Positions 39,525 through 49,320 of a stretch of DNA of 64,000 nt are shown here, in pieces. Location of the stretch: positions 513,729 through 577,728 of the forward strand of contig CAWKAS010000002.1 of the NCBI GenBank assembly GCA_963847655.1, in the 5' to 3' direction. The position numbers were made by a program, and so were the translations under genes. Each line of letters starts with the position of its first letter. Positions within the stretch are counted from its first letter, which is position 1. Source of the stretch: an uncultured Acidobacteriota bacterium (GTDB lineage: Bacteria > Acidobacteriota > Vicinamibacteria > Fen-336). The notes beneath the pieces were generated by a model that worked only from the letters and a program-made list of their open reading frames with translations, did no database searches and was not told the origin of the DNA.

Positions 39525-41444
39525 TCAGGCCGGGGTGAGCCAGAGGACGCCGTAGGGGCGGAGGTCGACGTCGAGGCCCCCGTCGGGTGACGCGTCGACG
39601 GTCCGGCCGGAGATCAGGTCGCGCCAGCCGCGGACGCGGCCTCCGAGGTCCCCGGCGTCGAAACGGACGGTCCGCTCCTCGGCGGTCACGTTGGTGAGCG
39701 CCAGGACCGTCTGGCGTCCGTCGCGGGCCGTGCGGAGGACGGCGAAGACCGCGCGCCCGGCCTCGAGGATCTCCTGGTCGGCGTTGGGGTGGAAGGCCGG
39801 GGCCTCGATGCGACGCTGGATCACCCGGCGGAACCGGACCGCCACCTGGTGGACCCACGATTCCCGGTCGCCCAGGAGCGCGAACAGGGCCTCCTCGTCG
39901 ATGGTCTTGCGGTTGATGGAGCGGGCTTCGTCCCCGGCGAGGACGGCGGCGGTGTCGTTCCTGGCCCCGAAGAGGCTGGGAAGATAGATCCCCGGGACTC
40001 CTCGCAGGACCAGGGCGATGGAGCGGGCGGCGATGAAGCGGTCCACCTGGAGCGACATTGGCTCGCCGTTTCCGTCCCGGTTGAGGGCGCTGTACCAGGT
40101 GGCGTTCATCTCGTAGGGGCTCTTGGTTCCGTCGCCGTTGTCGCGGAAGGAGACGAGTCCCCCGTGGCGGTAGCAGCAGGCCACCAGGGCGTCGATCTCC
40201 TCGGGGGACAGGATCCCCTGGGCCCCCATGAGCCCGATCCCGTCGTGGGAGTCGAGGAAGTTGAAGTAGGTCGCGCTGTCCGAGACGTGGTCGAGGGTCC
40301 GCGCCCAGCCCACCAGGCGGTCCGTGTTGGCGGTATGGAAGGTGTGGAGGACGAGGGGCGGCAGGGCGAAGTTGTAGACCATCTGCGCCTCGTTGGTGCC
40401 GTCTCCGAAGTAGCTGACGTTGTCCTCGTGAGGGACGTTCGTCTCGGTGATGAGGGCCACCTGGGGCGCCACCACGTCGAGGATGGCGCGGAAGAGCTGG
40501 ACGAGGGCGTGGGTCTCGTCGAGGTGGGCGCAGCGCGTGCCCAGCTCGCGCCAGACGTAGGTCACGGCGTCGAGGCGGATGATGTCGGCCCCCCGGCGCA
40601 CGTAGAGCAGCAGGATGGAGACGACAGCCACTAGCACGTGGGGGTTGCGGTAGTCGAGGTCCACCTGGTCCTTGCTGAAGGTCGTCCACACGAAGCGGGG
40701 GCCGTTGATGGTCTGGAACGGGCTCAGCAGGTCCGAGGCACGCGGGCGAAGGATCAGCCGCAGGTGGTCCGGGTCGATGGCGTCCCGGGTGCCGAAGGCG
40801 ATGAAGTAGTCCTGGAACTCGGGGTCGCCGTTGATGAACCCCTGGAACCACCTGCTCTTCGACGAGACATGGTTGAAGACCCCGTCGAACATGAGGCGCA
40901 CGCGTCGGCCCAGCTCCTCGATGTCCTTCCACTTCCCGAGGCGCGGGTCCACCTCCTCGAAGTCGATGACGGAGAATCCCCGGTCGGAGGAATAGGGGAA
41001 GAAGGGGAGGATGTGGACGGTGTTGATGGCCCCCCGCATGAAGACCCGCACGAAGTCGCGCAGCGCCCCGAGGGGAGGGCGGTCTCCGCTGGTGAGGAGG
41101 TCCCCGTAGGTGATGAGGACCACGTCCTGCTCCGTGAAGCGCTCCGCGGGGTCGAAGGGCGCGTCGTCCTCGAGCATCTCCGGGGTCTTGTGCGCGTGGT
41201 AGATGCGCATCATCCGCTCGAACTCCGGCCACCAGACCTCGGCCCGCTCCCGGCCGTAGAGCACGGCCAGCTTCTCGAGGATCCTCTCCCGCTGCTCCGG
41301 CCGGACCTCGAGGAGCGGCCGGGTGTAGTCGGGCTCGGGGAGGTGGGCGCGAAGGTAGATCGGGGCGAGGGACCCGTCGCGGGCCTGCTCCAGCCGCGCC
41401 GCGCGGGCGGGGTGGGCGGCGGAGGCGTCGCGCAGAACCGCCAT
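39525..41444 (-). CDS. GH13 sucrose-phosphorylase-like sugar phosphorylase
   Basis: Start MAVLRDASAAHP (RBS GGAAGG). ILPFFPYSSDRGFSVIDFEEVDPRLG, RLDAVTYVW (catalytic Asp context), FLDSHDGIG. Confidence 0.75.
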   Translation of the reverse strand: MAVLRDASAAHPARAARLEQARDGSLAPIYLRAHLPEPDYTRPLLEVRPEQRERILEKLAVLYGRERAEVWWPEFERMMRIYHAHKTPEMLEDDAPFDPAERFTEQDVVLITYGDLLTSGDRPPLGALRDFVRVFMRGAINTVHILPFFPYSSDRGFSVIDFEEVDPRLGKWKDIEELGRRVRLMFDGVFNHVSSKSRWFQGFINGDPEFQDYFIAFGTRDAIDPDHLRLILRPRASDLLSPFQTINGPRFVWTTFSKDQVDLDYRNPHVLVAVVSILLLYVRRGADIIRLDAVTYVWRELGTRCAHLDETHALVQLFRAILDVVAPQVALITETNVPHEDNVSYFGDGTNEAQMVYNFALPPLVLHTFHTANTDRLVGWARTLDHVSDSATYFNFLDSHDGIGLMGAQGILSPEEIDALVACCYRHGGLVSFRDNGDGTKSPYEMNATWYSALNRDGNGEPMSLQVDRFIAARSIALVLRGVPGIYLPSLFGARNDTAAVLAGDEARSINRKTIDEEALFALLGDRESWVHQVAVRFRRVIQRRIEAPAFHPNADQEILEAGRAVFAVLRTARDGRQTVLALTNVTAEERTVRFDAGDLGGRVRGWRDLISGRTVDASPDGGLDVDLRPYGVLWLTPA

Positions 41445-41454
41445 CGGGCCGAGC

Positions 41455-42729
41455 CTACACCTTCCGGAGCGCCGGGCGCGACTGAAGCCGCGCGGCGAGG
41501 AGCAGGGGGACGAGGGCCAGGGCACCGACCCCCAGCGCGGCGAGCAGGCCGGCGGTCAGGCTCGCACGGTCACCGATGAGGCCGGCCACCCAGGGGCCGG
41601 TGGCCACCCCGAGCAGGTTCATGGCGAGCAGGCCGAAGCCGAGGACGGTGGCGCGCCGGCCCGCCGGGGCCAGCTCGTCGAGCGCGGCCAGCACCGGGCC
41701 GAACCAGCCCAGCATCCAGGCCTGGGTCAGGAACCACGTCGGCAGGAAGAGTGGCGACGACGGCGGCAGCAGGTAGAAGGCCGCGGCCACGGGGAGGGCC
41801 AGGGCGGCCAGCACCGCGACACCCACGAGACGGCCCGCGGGGTGTCGCCGACGGCTCCAGTCGGTGAGCATCCCGACCGCGAGGTTCCCGAGGAGGCCGC
41901 CCACCGCCACCATGCCCGCCGAGAGGAAGGCGGCTCGCGAGTACTCGATCCCCCGCTCCTGCACGAGCCAGGTGATGGTGTGCTGGGAGGCGCTGCTCGC
42001 GAAGGCGAGGAGCGCCCCGGCGAGGCTGACCAGCCCGATCGCCGGCCGCGCGGCCAGGACGCGCCGGAGCGCGCCCACCAGCTCGCCCACCGTCGCCCGG
42101 GGCGCGTCCGTCGCCACACCGCGCCGCGCCGGGTCCTTCATGAACGCGACCGCGGCGACGGCCAGGACGCCGGCCACCCCGAGGATCACGAAGCACGCGC
42201 GCCAGCCGAGCCAGGGTCCGATCGAGCCCGCGAGGAGGAAGCTGAGGGCGAAACCCAGGGGGATGCCGGCGTAGAAGATGGAGTTGGCGAGCCCCCGGCG
42301 GTGGGCCGGAAAGCGGTCGCCCAGCATCGAGAGGGCGGCGGGCGAGAGCGTGGCCTCCCCCACCCCCACCGCCACGCGCATGAGGGCCAGCGGGGCGAAG
42401 CCCCGCGTCGCCCCGGTCAGCGCGGTGGCCGCGCTCCACACCGCCAGCCCGGCGCCAATGAGGCGGGGCCGCGAGAAGCGGTCGGCGGCGGCACCGAGGA
42501 CGAGGTTGAGCCCCGCGAAGACCACGATGAAGGAGGCGCCCACGAGCAGACCGATCTGCGCTCGGCTCAGCCCGAGGTCTTCCATCAGCAGCGGGGCCAG
42601 GGTGACGATGAGCTGGCGATCGACGTAGGCCAGGACGTTCAGGGCGGTCAGTCCCGCGAGCAGGCGCCAGGCCGCGCGGGGCGGCTCCGTCGCGACGGTC
42701 GGGGCGGCAGGCGCATGGTTCTCGCTCAT
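41455..42729 (-). CDS. MFS transporter
   Basis: 12-TM pattern with MFS motif DRFSRPRLI; stop 11 bp before the phosphorylase start. Confidence 0.8.
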   Translation of the reverse strand: MSENHAPAAPTVATEPPRAAWRLLAGLTALNVLAYVDRQLIVTLAPLLMEDLGLSRAQIGLLVGASFIVVFAGLNLVLGAAADRFSRPRLIGAGLAVWSAATALTGATRGFAPLALMRVAVGVGEATLSPAALSMLGDRFPAHRRGLANSIFYAGIPLGFALSFLLAGSIGPWLGWRACFVILGVAGVLAVAAVAFMKDPARRGVATDAPRATVGELVGALRRVLAARPAIGLVSLAGALLAFASSASQHTITWLVQERGIEYSRAAFLSAGMVAVGGLLGNLAVGMLTDWSRRRHPAGRLVGVAVLAALALPVAAAFYLLPPSSPLFLPTWFLTQAWMLGWFGPVLAALDELAPAGRRATVLGFGLLAMNLLGVATGPWVAGLIGDRASLTAGLLAALGVGALALVPLLLAARLQSRPALRKV

Positions 42730-42897
42730 CCTGTTCGGGGTCCGCGACGTGCATCATACACACCGTTGACGCGGTCGCCGGGCTGGCCCTACGCTTCGGG
42801 ACCGAGAGGTGTTGCCATGCTCCCCGACCCCGCGGTCTCTTCGGGGCTCCTGCCCGTGCTCGCCGTGGCCACTCTCGTCGCACCAGGAGGAGTGATC

Positions 42898-43200
42898 ATG
42901 GACCTCGACGACCTCTTCGACGGAATCGGATTCGACATCAGCAGGTCGAAGCGGGCGCAGTGGCTGATCCGCGTCCTCTTCGGTCTCCTCGGAACCGCGC
43001 TCTCGGCGGCCGGGGCCTGGCACATGCGGGACTACGACGCCAGCCTCCACTTCCGTCTCGCCGCGGTCGCGCTGTTCGTGTTCCTGGGGGCGTTCTTCCT
43101 GGTCAACGTGACGCTTCTGCGGAAGGCGTCCTGGCCCTGGAAAGGCCTCGTGGCGGCTTTCGTGATGCTGTTCGTCGTCCGGATCGTCTTCGGGCCCTAG
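42898..43200 (+). CDS. Small membrane protein (100 aa, 3 TM)
   Basis: Strong RBS GGAGGAGTG then ATG; MDLDDLFDGIGFD...LIRVLFGLLGTALSAAGAWH.... Confidence 0.5.
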   Translation: MDLDDLFDGIGFDISRSKRAQWLIRVLFGLLGTALSAAGAWHMRDYDASLHFRLAAVALFVFLGAFFLVNVTLLRKASWPWKGLVAAFVMLFVVRIVFGP

Positions 43201-43215
43201 CCGCGCCCGCCGTGC

Positions 43216-43707
43216 TCAGGGAAGATCGGTCCAGATGGGCACGCCCTCCGCGTCGCGCAGCTGCAGCTCGGCCGAGCCCTTCTTGATCACGCGCGCGATG
43301 AGCACGTCCCCGGTCCGCGACCCGGTCACGGTGATCTCGTCGCCCTTGTCGATCGGAAACTCGAGCTGACTCAAGAGCTTGACGGGACAGGCGTGAACCT
43401 CCACGGTCTCGGCGGGCGCCGGGGCCGGGGCCTCTTCGCCCGGACCTTCCGGGGCGGCCGCCTCCGGCGCCAGGACGGCCGGTCCGGGCTCGGGCGACGC
43501 CGGCTCGGGCGGGGCAGAGGGCGCACCGGGGATCTCCAGCATGAAGTGCAGGCCGGGGTGGTCGTTCTTCGCCTTCGACTCGTGGTAGTCGACGACCACG
43601 CCGGTGATCGTGACCTCAGCCTGTGGATCGTACTTGTGGGCTTTCTGGGCCAGGGCCGGCGTCGCCGCGACGGTCAGGACCAGCAGGGCCACGGAGTGCG
43701 TTCTCAT
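43216..43707 (-). CDS. Small secreted protein (163 aa) with Pro/Ala/Glu-rich linker
   Basis: MRTHSVALLVLTVAATPALA signal; RBS GGAGGTG. Confidence 0.5.
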   Translation of the reverse strand: MRTHSVALLVLTVAATPALAQKAHKYDPQAEVTITGVVVDYHESKAKNDHPGLHFMLEIPGAPSAPPEPASPEPGPAVLAPEAAAPEGPGEEAPAPAPAETVEVHACPVKLLSQLEFPIDKGDEITVTGSRTGDVLIARVIKKGSAELQLRDAEGVPIWTDLP

Positions 43708-43769
43708 ACCGCACCTCCTCTGTGGGAGCGTGGCTCCCCCCGTCCCTCGAAGGCAATGGATCGAGTGAT

Positions 43770-44966
43770 TCAGGCCTCCTCGACCCGCTGGACGACCTCC
43801 CCGCTCGACCGGTCCTTGAGGATGAGCTTCACCCGGCCGTCGGGCATGCGCTCGCGCTTGATGAGGTCGTAGCGGTCGTCGAACCGTGCCGCCTCCGCCT
43901 TCTCCTCGCCCCCCTCGGCGCCGCGCCAGATGTCGAGCTCCACCGGCTCCCAGCGCTTCGTCTCCATCGAGCGGTAGGCGGCGTCCATGATCGCGTTCAC
44001 GACGTAGCCGTCGTAGAAGGTCTCGATCGGCGGCCGCCCCGCCTCGAGGGAGTCGAGCATGTCGGAGAACATCGCGCCGTAGCCGAGGGCGGCCGTCTCG
44101 TCCCCCACCGGGAACATCCACCCCGTCTCGCTCTCCGCCTTCTCCGCGACGTACCCCCCTGGCCCGCCGGACGAGAACACCTCGAAGCCGGTGCGCAGCC
44201 AGTGGTTCAGCCAGATCGAGCCCTCGGTGCCCGAGACCTCGTCGCGCAGGTCCATGCCCCCCCGGAACGTCCAGGCCGCCTCGAACTGGGTCACCGCACC
44301 CGTGGCGTAGCGGACCAGCCCCACCACGTGGTCCTCGGCCTCGATGGGGTGGACCTGGGTGTCGCCCCAGCAGACGACCTCGAGCGGGCGCACGTCCTTG
44401 CCCACGAAGGAGCGGCCGATCTCGATGCAGTGGCAGCCCATGTCGATCAGGGCCCCGCCGCCGGAGAGCTCCTTGCTCCAGAACCAGTCGCTGTGCGGAC
44501 CGGGGTGGGCCTCGCGGGAGCGCGTCCAGAGGACCCTGCCCACCGCGCCCTGCCGCACCGAGGCGATGGCCTTCAGGGTCTTGGGAGTGTAGACGAGGTC
44601 TTCCAGGTAGCCGTGGAAGATCCCGGCCTTCTCGACCGTCTCGAGGATCTCCCGCGCCTCGGCGGCGTTGCGGGCCAGGGGCTTGGTGCAGAGAACGGGC
44701 TTGCCCGCCTCCGCGGCCAGGGCCACCGCGTCCTTGTGCAGGTGGTTGGGCAGGCCGATCACGACCGCGTCCGTCTCCGGATCGCGGATGGCCTCGGCCA
44801 TGTCCGTCGTCCACCGGGGGATCTGGTGCTTCTCGGCGAAGGTCTTCGTGCGGTCCGGGTCGCGCCCGTAGGCCACCGTCACCTCGTCGCGGCCACGCTT
44901 CGCGTGCAGCGCGACGGTGTAGAACATCCCGATCAGCCCCGTCCCCAGCATTGCGATCCGCGCCAT
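43770..44966 (-). CDS. Gfo/Idh/MocA-family NAD(P)-dependent oxidoreductase
   Basis: Rossmann start [16 protein letters not shown]; EKP-type motif CTKPLA; RBS GGAGGGAG. Confidence 0.8.
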   Translation of the reverse strand: MARIAMLGTGLIGMFYTVALHAKRGRDEVTVAYGRDPDRTKTFAEKHQIPRWTTDMAEAIRDPETDAVVIGLPNHLHKDAVALAAEAGKPVLCTKPLARNAAEAREILETVEKAGIFHGYLEDLVYTPKTLKAIASVRQGAVGRVLWTRSREAHPGPHSDWFWSKELSGGGALIDMGCHCIEIGRSFVGKDVRPLEVVCWGDTQVHPIEAEDHVVGLVRYATGAVTQFEAAWTFRGGMDLRDEVSGTEGSIWLNHWLRTGFEVFSSGGPGGYVAEKAESETGWMFPVGDETAALGYGAMFSDMLDSLEAGRPPIETFYDGYVVNAIMDAAYRSMETKRWEPVELDIWRGAEGGEEKAEAARFDDRYDLIKRERMPDGRVKLILKDRSSGEVVQRVEEA

Positions 44967-45093
44967 CTCTCCCTCCGTCTGCCGCCGCATTGTGGAGTCT
45001 CGGGAACACCAGACACAACTGCCCTGGAGCCAGGGACAGGAGGGGCGTTGCCGGGACGCCGATCTCGGGCCTGGATGCTGGGGGCCCGGAAGC

Positions 45094-45513
45094 TCAGTCG
45101 GCGCGGATGCGGTCCTGGCCGGCGTGGCAGCTGTTGCAGGCCCCGACGGTGACCGACGCCCCCATCGAGCGACGCGCGCCGGTGCCCTGGACGTCGGTGT
45201 AGAGACCGCCACCCCAGCTCACGGGCTCGTTCGTGTAGAAGTTGCCCGACGCGTCGGCGGTGACGCTGAGCAGGACCTGTCCAACCCCCGAGGGCTGAGC
45301 GGTGAGGCGCACCACGGCCTCGGGGTAGACGGACCCGTCGGCACGATACACGGTCCCCGCCACGGAGAAGCCGTGGCACTGAAGGCAGTCACGTCCGGCG
45401 TTGTGACTGGTGCGGACCGGGGCGCTGGTCGGGGTGCCGGGGCTGTCCCCGCTGCCGCCGCACGCACCGAGAGCAAGGAGGAGAGCCGGGGCGAAGATCC
45501 TGAGGAATCGCAT
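45094..45513 (-). CDS. Di-haem c-type cytochrome lipoprotein
   Basis: Lipobox LALGAC; two CxxCH motifs (CLQCH and CNSCH). Confidence 0.6.
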   Translation of the reverse strand: MRFLRIFAPALLLALGACGGSGDSPGTPTSAPVRTSHNAGRDCLQCHGFSVAGTVYRADGSVYPEAVVRLTAQPSGVGQVLLSVTADASGNFYTNEPVSWGGGLYTDVQGTGARRSMGASVTVGACNSCHAGQDRIRAD

Positions 45514-45645
45514 GCCACCAGTCTAAGCAGCGATCACCGGCCGACCGGTGCCCCGGATGCAAAAAGGTGCGTCGGCATGAGACAGCGGTTCTATTGAGGC
45601 GGCACGCCGATCTGGTCATGATCTGCGGCAGCGAGCGAGGGACAC

Positions 45646-46530
45646 ATGGAGATCAAGAGGGTCGGTGTCGCAGGCTGCGGGCAGATGGGAGCGGGCATCG
45701 CGCAGGTGTGCGCGGAGGCGGGCTACGCCGTGCTCGTCCGCGAGGTCTCGGACGACCTGCTGAAGAAGGGCCTCGGCCGCATCGAGTCGTTCCTGACCCG
45801 GGCCGTCGAGAAAGGCAAGCTCACGGGCGAGGGCAAAGCGGAGATCCTGGGACGGATCGAGGGCACGATCGACACCGCCGCCTTCCGAAGCTGCGAGATC
45901 GTCATCGAGGCGGTGGTCGAGAGCCTGGCCGAGAAGACGAAGCTCTTCGGGGCGCTGGATTCCGCGTGTCCCGAAAGCACGCTGTTCGCCTCCAACACGT
46001 CGTCGCTGTCCATCACGGAGATGGCCGCGGGCAGCGGACGGCCCGACCGCTTCGTCGGGCTGCACTTCTTCAATCCCGTGCCCCTCATGAAGCTGGTGGA
46101 GGTGGTGAGGTCTCCCCTGACCTCGCCCGAGGCCTACGAGGCGGCCTTCTCCTTCGCCGGCAGCCTGGGCAAGACCCCGATCCGCGCGGGTGACAAGTCG
46201 GGGTTCGTGGTGAACCGGCTGCTGGTGCCCTACCTGCTCGACGCGATCCGGGCCCTCGAGGAGGGCGTGGCCTCGGTGCCGGACATCGACGAGGGCATGC
46301 GCCTGGGTTGCGGCCATCCGATGGGGCCCTTCACCCTTCTCGACTTCATCGGCCTGGACACCACCTGCTCCATCGCCAACATCATGTTCGACGAGTTCCG
46401 GGAGCGCCGCTTCGCGCCCCCGCCCCTGCTCAAGCGCATGGTGCAGGCCGGGCTGCTCGGGAAGAAGGCGGGGCGGGGCTTCTACGACTACTCGGAGAAA
46501 CCGCCTACGCCCGTGGCCGGCCTCGTCTGA
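45646..46530 (+). CDS. hbd: 3-hydroxyacyl/3-hydroxybutyryl-CoA dehydrogenase
   Basis: VGVAGCGQMGAGIAQV Rossmann; NTSSLSITEMA; HFFNPVPLMKLVEV. Confidence 0.85.
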   Translation: MEIKRVGVAGCGQMGAGIAQVCAEAGYAVLVREVSDDLLKKGLGRIESFLTRAVEKGKLTGEGKAEILGRIEGTIDTAAFRSCEIVIEAVVESLAEKTKLFGALDSACPESTLFASNTSSLSITEMAAGSGRPDRFVGLHFFNPVPLMKLVEVVRSPLTSPEAYEAAFSFAGSLGKTPIRAGDKSGFVVNRLLVPYLLDAIRALEEGVASVPDIDEGMRLGCGHPMGPFTLLDFIGLDTTCSIANIMFDEFRERRFAPPPLLKRMVQAGLLGKKAGRGFYDYSEKPPTPVAGLV

Positions 46531-46625
46531 CGAGAGCGCCCCCCGGGCCCAGAGAGCGAGCGCTCGCCGGTCGACGCTCGTTCCGGCGTCCGGTTTGACC
46601 GGGAGCCACTGGGCCCGGTCGAGCT

Positions 46626-47111
46626 TCAGCGACGGAATGAAACGCGACCGCCAGGCCCCTCGATCTGGAGGGTCTCATCGGTCACCACCCAGGTTGTCGC
46701 CTCCTGGACCATGGCCGTGAACCGTGTGTCGACAGGAGCGCTGAGGCAGTAGGCGCGCGTGCAGGCCATGAGGGGACTCACCTGGAGGGTCCCCGCCCCG
46801 GCCGTGTACTCGCCGCGGCAGGAGTTGCAGTCGGCCATGATGTGAAGCCCACCGTCCGCTCGGAAGTCCGCGCTGAACTGCCCCGAAGCCGGGACGGGGA
46901 TCGCGGGGGCATCCCCGGGAAGGAGGGAGACGAGTCGCCACTCACCGCGCAGCGCGCTGGCTGCGTCTTCGAGCTTCGCGGCGCTCGTGCCCCCGGGCAC
47001 CTCACCCGGCCCCGCGATATTCGCTGCTCCCTGGCAGCCTGCCAGCCCCAGGGCGACCGACAGCGCGATGGCCTGCGCAACGGTACGTGCACGTCCGGCG
47101 AGCCGAGTCAT
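46626..47111 (-). CDS. META/HslJ-like (DUF306) lipoprotein
   Basis: Lipobox LGLAGC; LRGEWRLVSL...; heat-shock HslJ-like domain pattern. Confidence 0.55.
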   Translation of the reverse strand: MTRLAGRARTVAQAIALSVALGLAGCQGAANIAGPGEVPGGTSAAKLEDAASALRGEWRLVSLLPGDAPAIPVPASGQFSADFRADGGLHIMADCNSCRGEYTAGAGTLQVSPLMACTRAYCLSAPVDTRFTAMVQEATTWVVTDETLQIEGPGGRVSFRR

Positions 47112-47296
47112 GCCTCATCTCCTCTCGAGGAACGCGATGGCGTCCCTCCTGAAGACAGGATGGGCTCGGACACGGCCAGAGTCGCGAAGGACCGTGCAAT
47201 GAAGATCCAAAGGATTTCGAAAAGGGCGAGGCGAGCCTGAGTCTCCGGAGCGACACCTGAAGGCGCGTCTAGGCCGAGTCCACAGGTGACCGGGAG

Positions 47297-47328
47297 CCGA
47301 TGGGACGGTCGAAGGAGTGTCCCATCGG
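47297..47328 (+). promoter_or_regulatory. Perfect 10 bp inverted repeat with 12 nt loop (CCGATGGGAC-N12-GTCCCATCGG) in the 5' leader/promoter region of the lipid operon
   Basis: Read directly from sequence; lies about 120 bp upstream of the BtaA-like start. Confidence 0.3.
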
Positions 47329-47446
47329 CCCGCGCACGGTCTCCCCGCGTGCGTAGTCTCGAAGCGCGGCCGCCGCGACCCACGACCGACGGGGTAACGG
47401 GGTGGCCCCGTTCCTTCTCCGCAGGGTGAAGGGAAGGAGAAGCGAG

Positions 47447-48550
47447 ATGCCCGCGCACGGTCCCATTCAGAGCCGAGCGAGCTTCCAGAAGCTGCGCTAC
47501 GCCAGCTGCTGGGAAGACGCGGCGGTCGTGGCCCAGGCCCTCGACCCGCTGGACGGCGCCCGGTGCCTGTCCATCGCCTCGGCCGGCGACAACACCCTGT
47601 CGCTCCTCGCCCGGGGGGCCAGCGACGTCTGGGCGGTCGACGTGAGCCCGGCCCAGCTTGCCCTGGTCGAGCTGAAGATGGTGGCCTTCCGCCGGCTGGA
47701 GCACCCGGAGCTGCTCGGGTTCCTCGGCGTGCGCGCGTGCGCGGACCGCCGGGTCGTGTACGAGTCGCTGCGCGGCGGGCTCAGCGCCGAGGCACGGGCC
47801 TTCTGGGATGGGAACGCACCGCTCGTGCGTGAGGGCGTCATCCACGCCGGCCGGCTGGAGCGCTACTTCCGCATCTTCCGCCGCCTGGTGCTTCCCCTCG
47901 TCCATTCCCACCACACGGTGGCCGCTCTCCTCACCGCGCGGTCCCCGGAGGAGCGCGAGCGCTTCTACGCGACGGTGTGGGACCGCTGGCGGTGGCGGCT
48001 GCTGTTCCGCGTCTTCTTCAGTCGCATCGTCATGGGCCGCCTCGGGCGCGACCCGGAGTTCTTCCGCGAGGTCCACGGGGCGGTGGCCGCGCCCATCCTC
48101 GAGCGGACCCGCCGCGGCTTCACGGAGATCCCGACCACGGACAACCCGTATCTTCACTACGTCCTCACCGGGCACTTCGGGGCGACGCTTCCCGACTACC
48201 TGCGTCCCGAGCATCACGAGGCCATCCGCCGCGGGCTCGGCCGCATGCGCCTCGTCTCGGCCCCGGTCGAGGAGGCGCTCCTGGGCGTGGCCCCGCGCAG
48301 CATCGACGCCTTCAACCTCTCGAACGTGGCGGAGTACATGTCGCTGCGGGGCTACCACCGCCTCCTCGGGGGAGTGCGCCGGGCCGCGGCCCCCGGGGCC
48401 CGGGTCGCGTACTGGAACCTCCTCGCACCGCGACACCGGCCCGCCCGCATGGAGGGCTGGCTCGAGGAGCGCGCCCAGGTCGCCCGCCGACTCCACGCGG
48501 CCGCCCGCACCTTCTTCTACGACGCGCTCGTGGTCGAGGTGGTGCGGTGA
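47447..48550 (+). CDS. DUF3419 / BtaA-like protein (homolog of S-adenosylmethionine:diacylglycerol 3-amino-3-carboxypropyl transferase)
   Basis: LRYASCWEDAAVVAQAL...LSIASAGDNTLSLLARGASDVWAVDVSPAQLALVELKMVAFRRL matches the BtaA N-terminal signature (WED, SAGxN, AVDxNPAQ, ELK). RBS GGGAAGGAGAAG. Confidence 0.75.
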   Translation: MPAHGPIQSRASFQKLRYASCWEDAAVVAQALDPLDGARCLSIASAGDNTLSLLARGASDVWAVDVSPAQLALVELKMVAFRRLEHPELLGFLGVRACADRRVVYESLRGGLSAEARAFWDGNAPLVREGVIHAGRLERYFRIFRRLVLPLVHSHHTVAALLTARSPEERERFYATVWDRWRWRLLFRVFFSRIVMGRLGRDPEFFREVHGAVAAPILERTRRGFTEIPTTDNPYLHYVLTGHFGATLPDYLRPEHHEAIRRGLGRMRLVSAPVEEALLGVAPRSIDAFNLSNVAEYMSLRGYHRLLGGVRRAAAPGARVAYWNLLAPRHRPARMEGWLEERAQVARRLHAAARTFFYDALVVEVVR

Positions 48551-49320
48551 GCGCCCGAGAGCCCACCAACGTCGCCGTGGCCGCGGGGCTGCTCCTGGTC
48601 ATCCTGGCCGTCGCCGAGGTCCTTCTCCGGCGAGGACGGGCGGGGCCCGAGGCCACCCGCAAGCTCGTGCACGCCCTCTCGGGCCTGGAGGCCGCCGCCT
48701 TCCCGTGGCTGTTCTCGACCGCCTGGAGCGTCCTCGCCCTCGCCGGGTGCTACGCGCTCCTGATGGCTCTCACCATGAAGGTCGGCGCGCTGCCCTCGGT
48801 ACACGGGGTGCGGCGGCCCACCGCCGGTGGACTCTACTACCCGGTGGCGGTCGGGGCGCTCTTCACCTTCGTGGGCCACCGGCCCGAGGTCTACGTCCCC
48901 GCGATCCTGGTCCTGGCCCTGGCCGACCCCGCGGCGGCGCTGGTCGGTCGCTCCCGGGGCCTGAACCGCTACCGGCTGTTCGGTGGAGACAAGAGCGTGG
49001 AGGGCTCGCTCGCCTTCGGAATCTGCGCCCTGGCCTGCCTCCACCTGTCTCTGGACCTGCTGACCTCGCTGGACGCGCTCTCGCTGCTGCTCTGGAGCCT
49101 GCACCTGGCGGTCCTGGCCACCGGCCTCGAGGCCCTCTCCCCGCGAGGCAGCGACAACCTCTCCGTCCCCCTCGGCTGCGGCCTGGCGCTGCTGCCGGTC
49201 GGCGCCGGGTCGCCGCCGCTGGCCGGGCTCTTCTTCGTGCCCCTCGCCTGCATCGGGACGGTGCTGGTCTGCGCCCGCCGGGCCGCGCCGGGCCCGCTCT
49301 TCCCCACGAGGCGACGATGA
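48547..49320 (+). CDS. CTP-dependent polyprenol/dolichol/phytol-kinase-like membrane protein (CTP_transf_1 superfamily)
   Basis: Multi-TM. LADPAAALVGRSRGLNRYRLFGGDKSVEGSLAFGICAL matches the VTE5/Sec59-type KS/TxEGS signature. GTG start overlaps the upstream stop (GTGA). Confidence 0.6.
   Translation: MSAREPTNVAVAAGLLLVILAVAEVLLRRGRAGPEATRKLVHALSGLEAAAFPWLFSTAWSVLALAGCYALLMALTMKVGALPSVHGVRRPTAGGLYYPVAVGALFTFVGHRPEVYVPAILVLALADPAAALVGRSRGLNRYRLFGGDKSVEGSLAFGICALACLHLSLDLLTSLDALSLLLWSLHLAVLATGLEALSPRGSDNLSVPLGCGLALLPVGAGSPPLAGLFFVPLACIGTVLVCARRAAPGPLFPTRRR

Noticed and set aside
47269-47466. 65 aa minus-strand ORF in the lipid-operon leader
   Set aside because: It overlaps the stem-loop and RBS region of the BtaA-like gene; no protein-like features.
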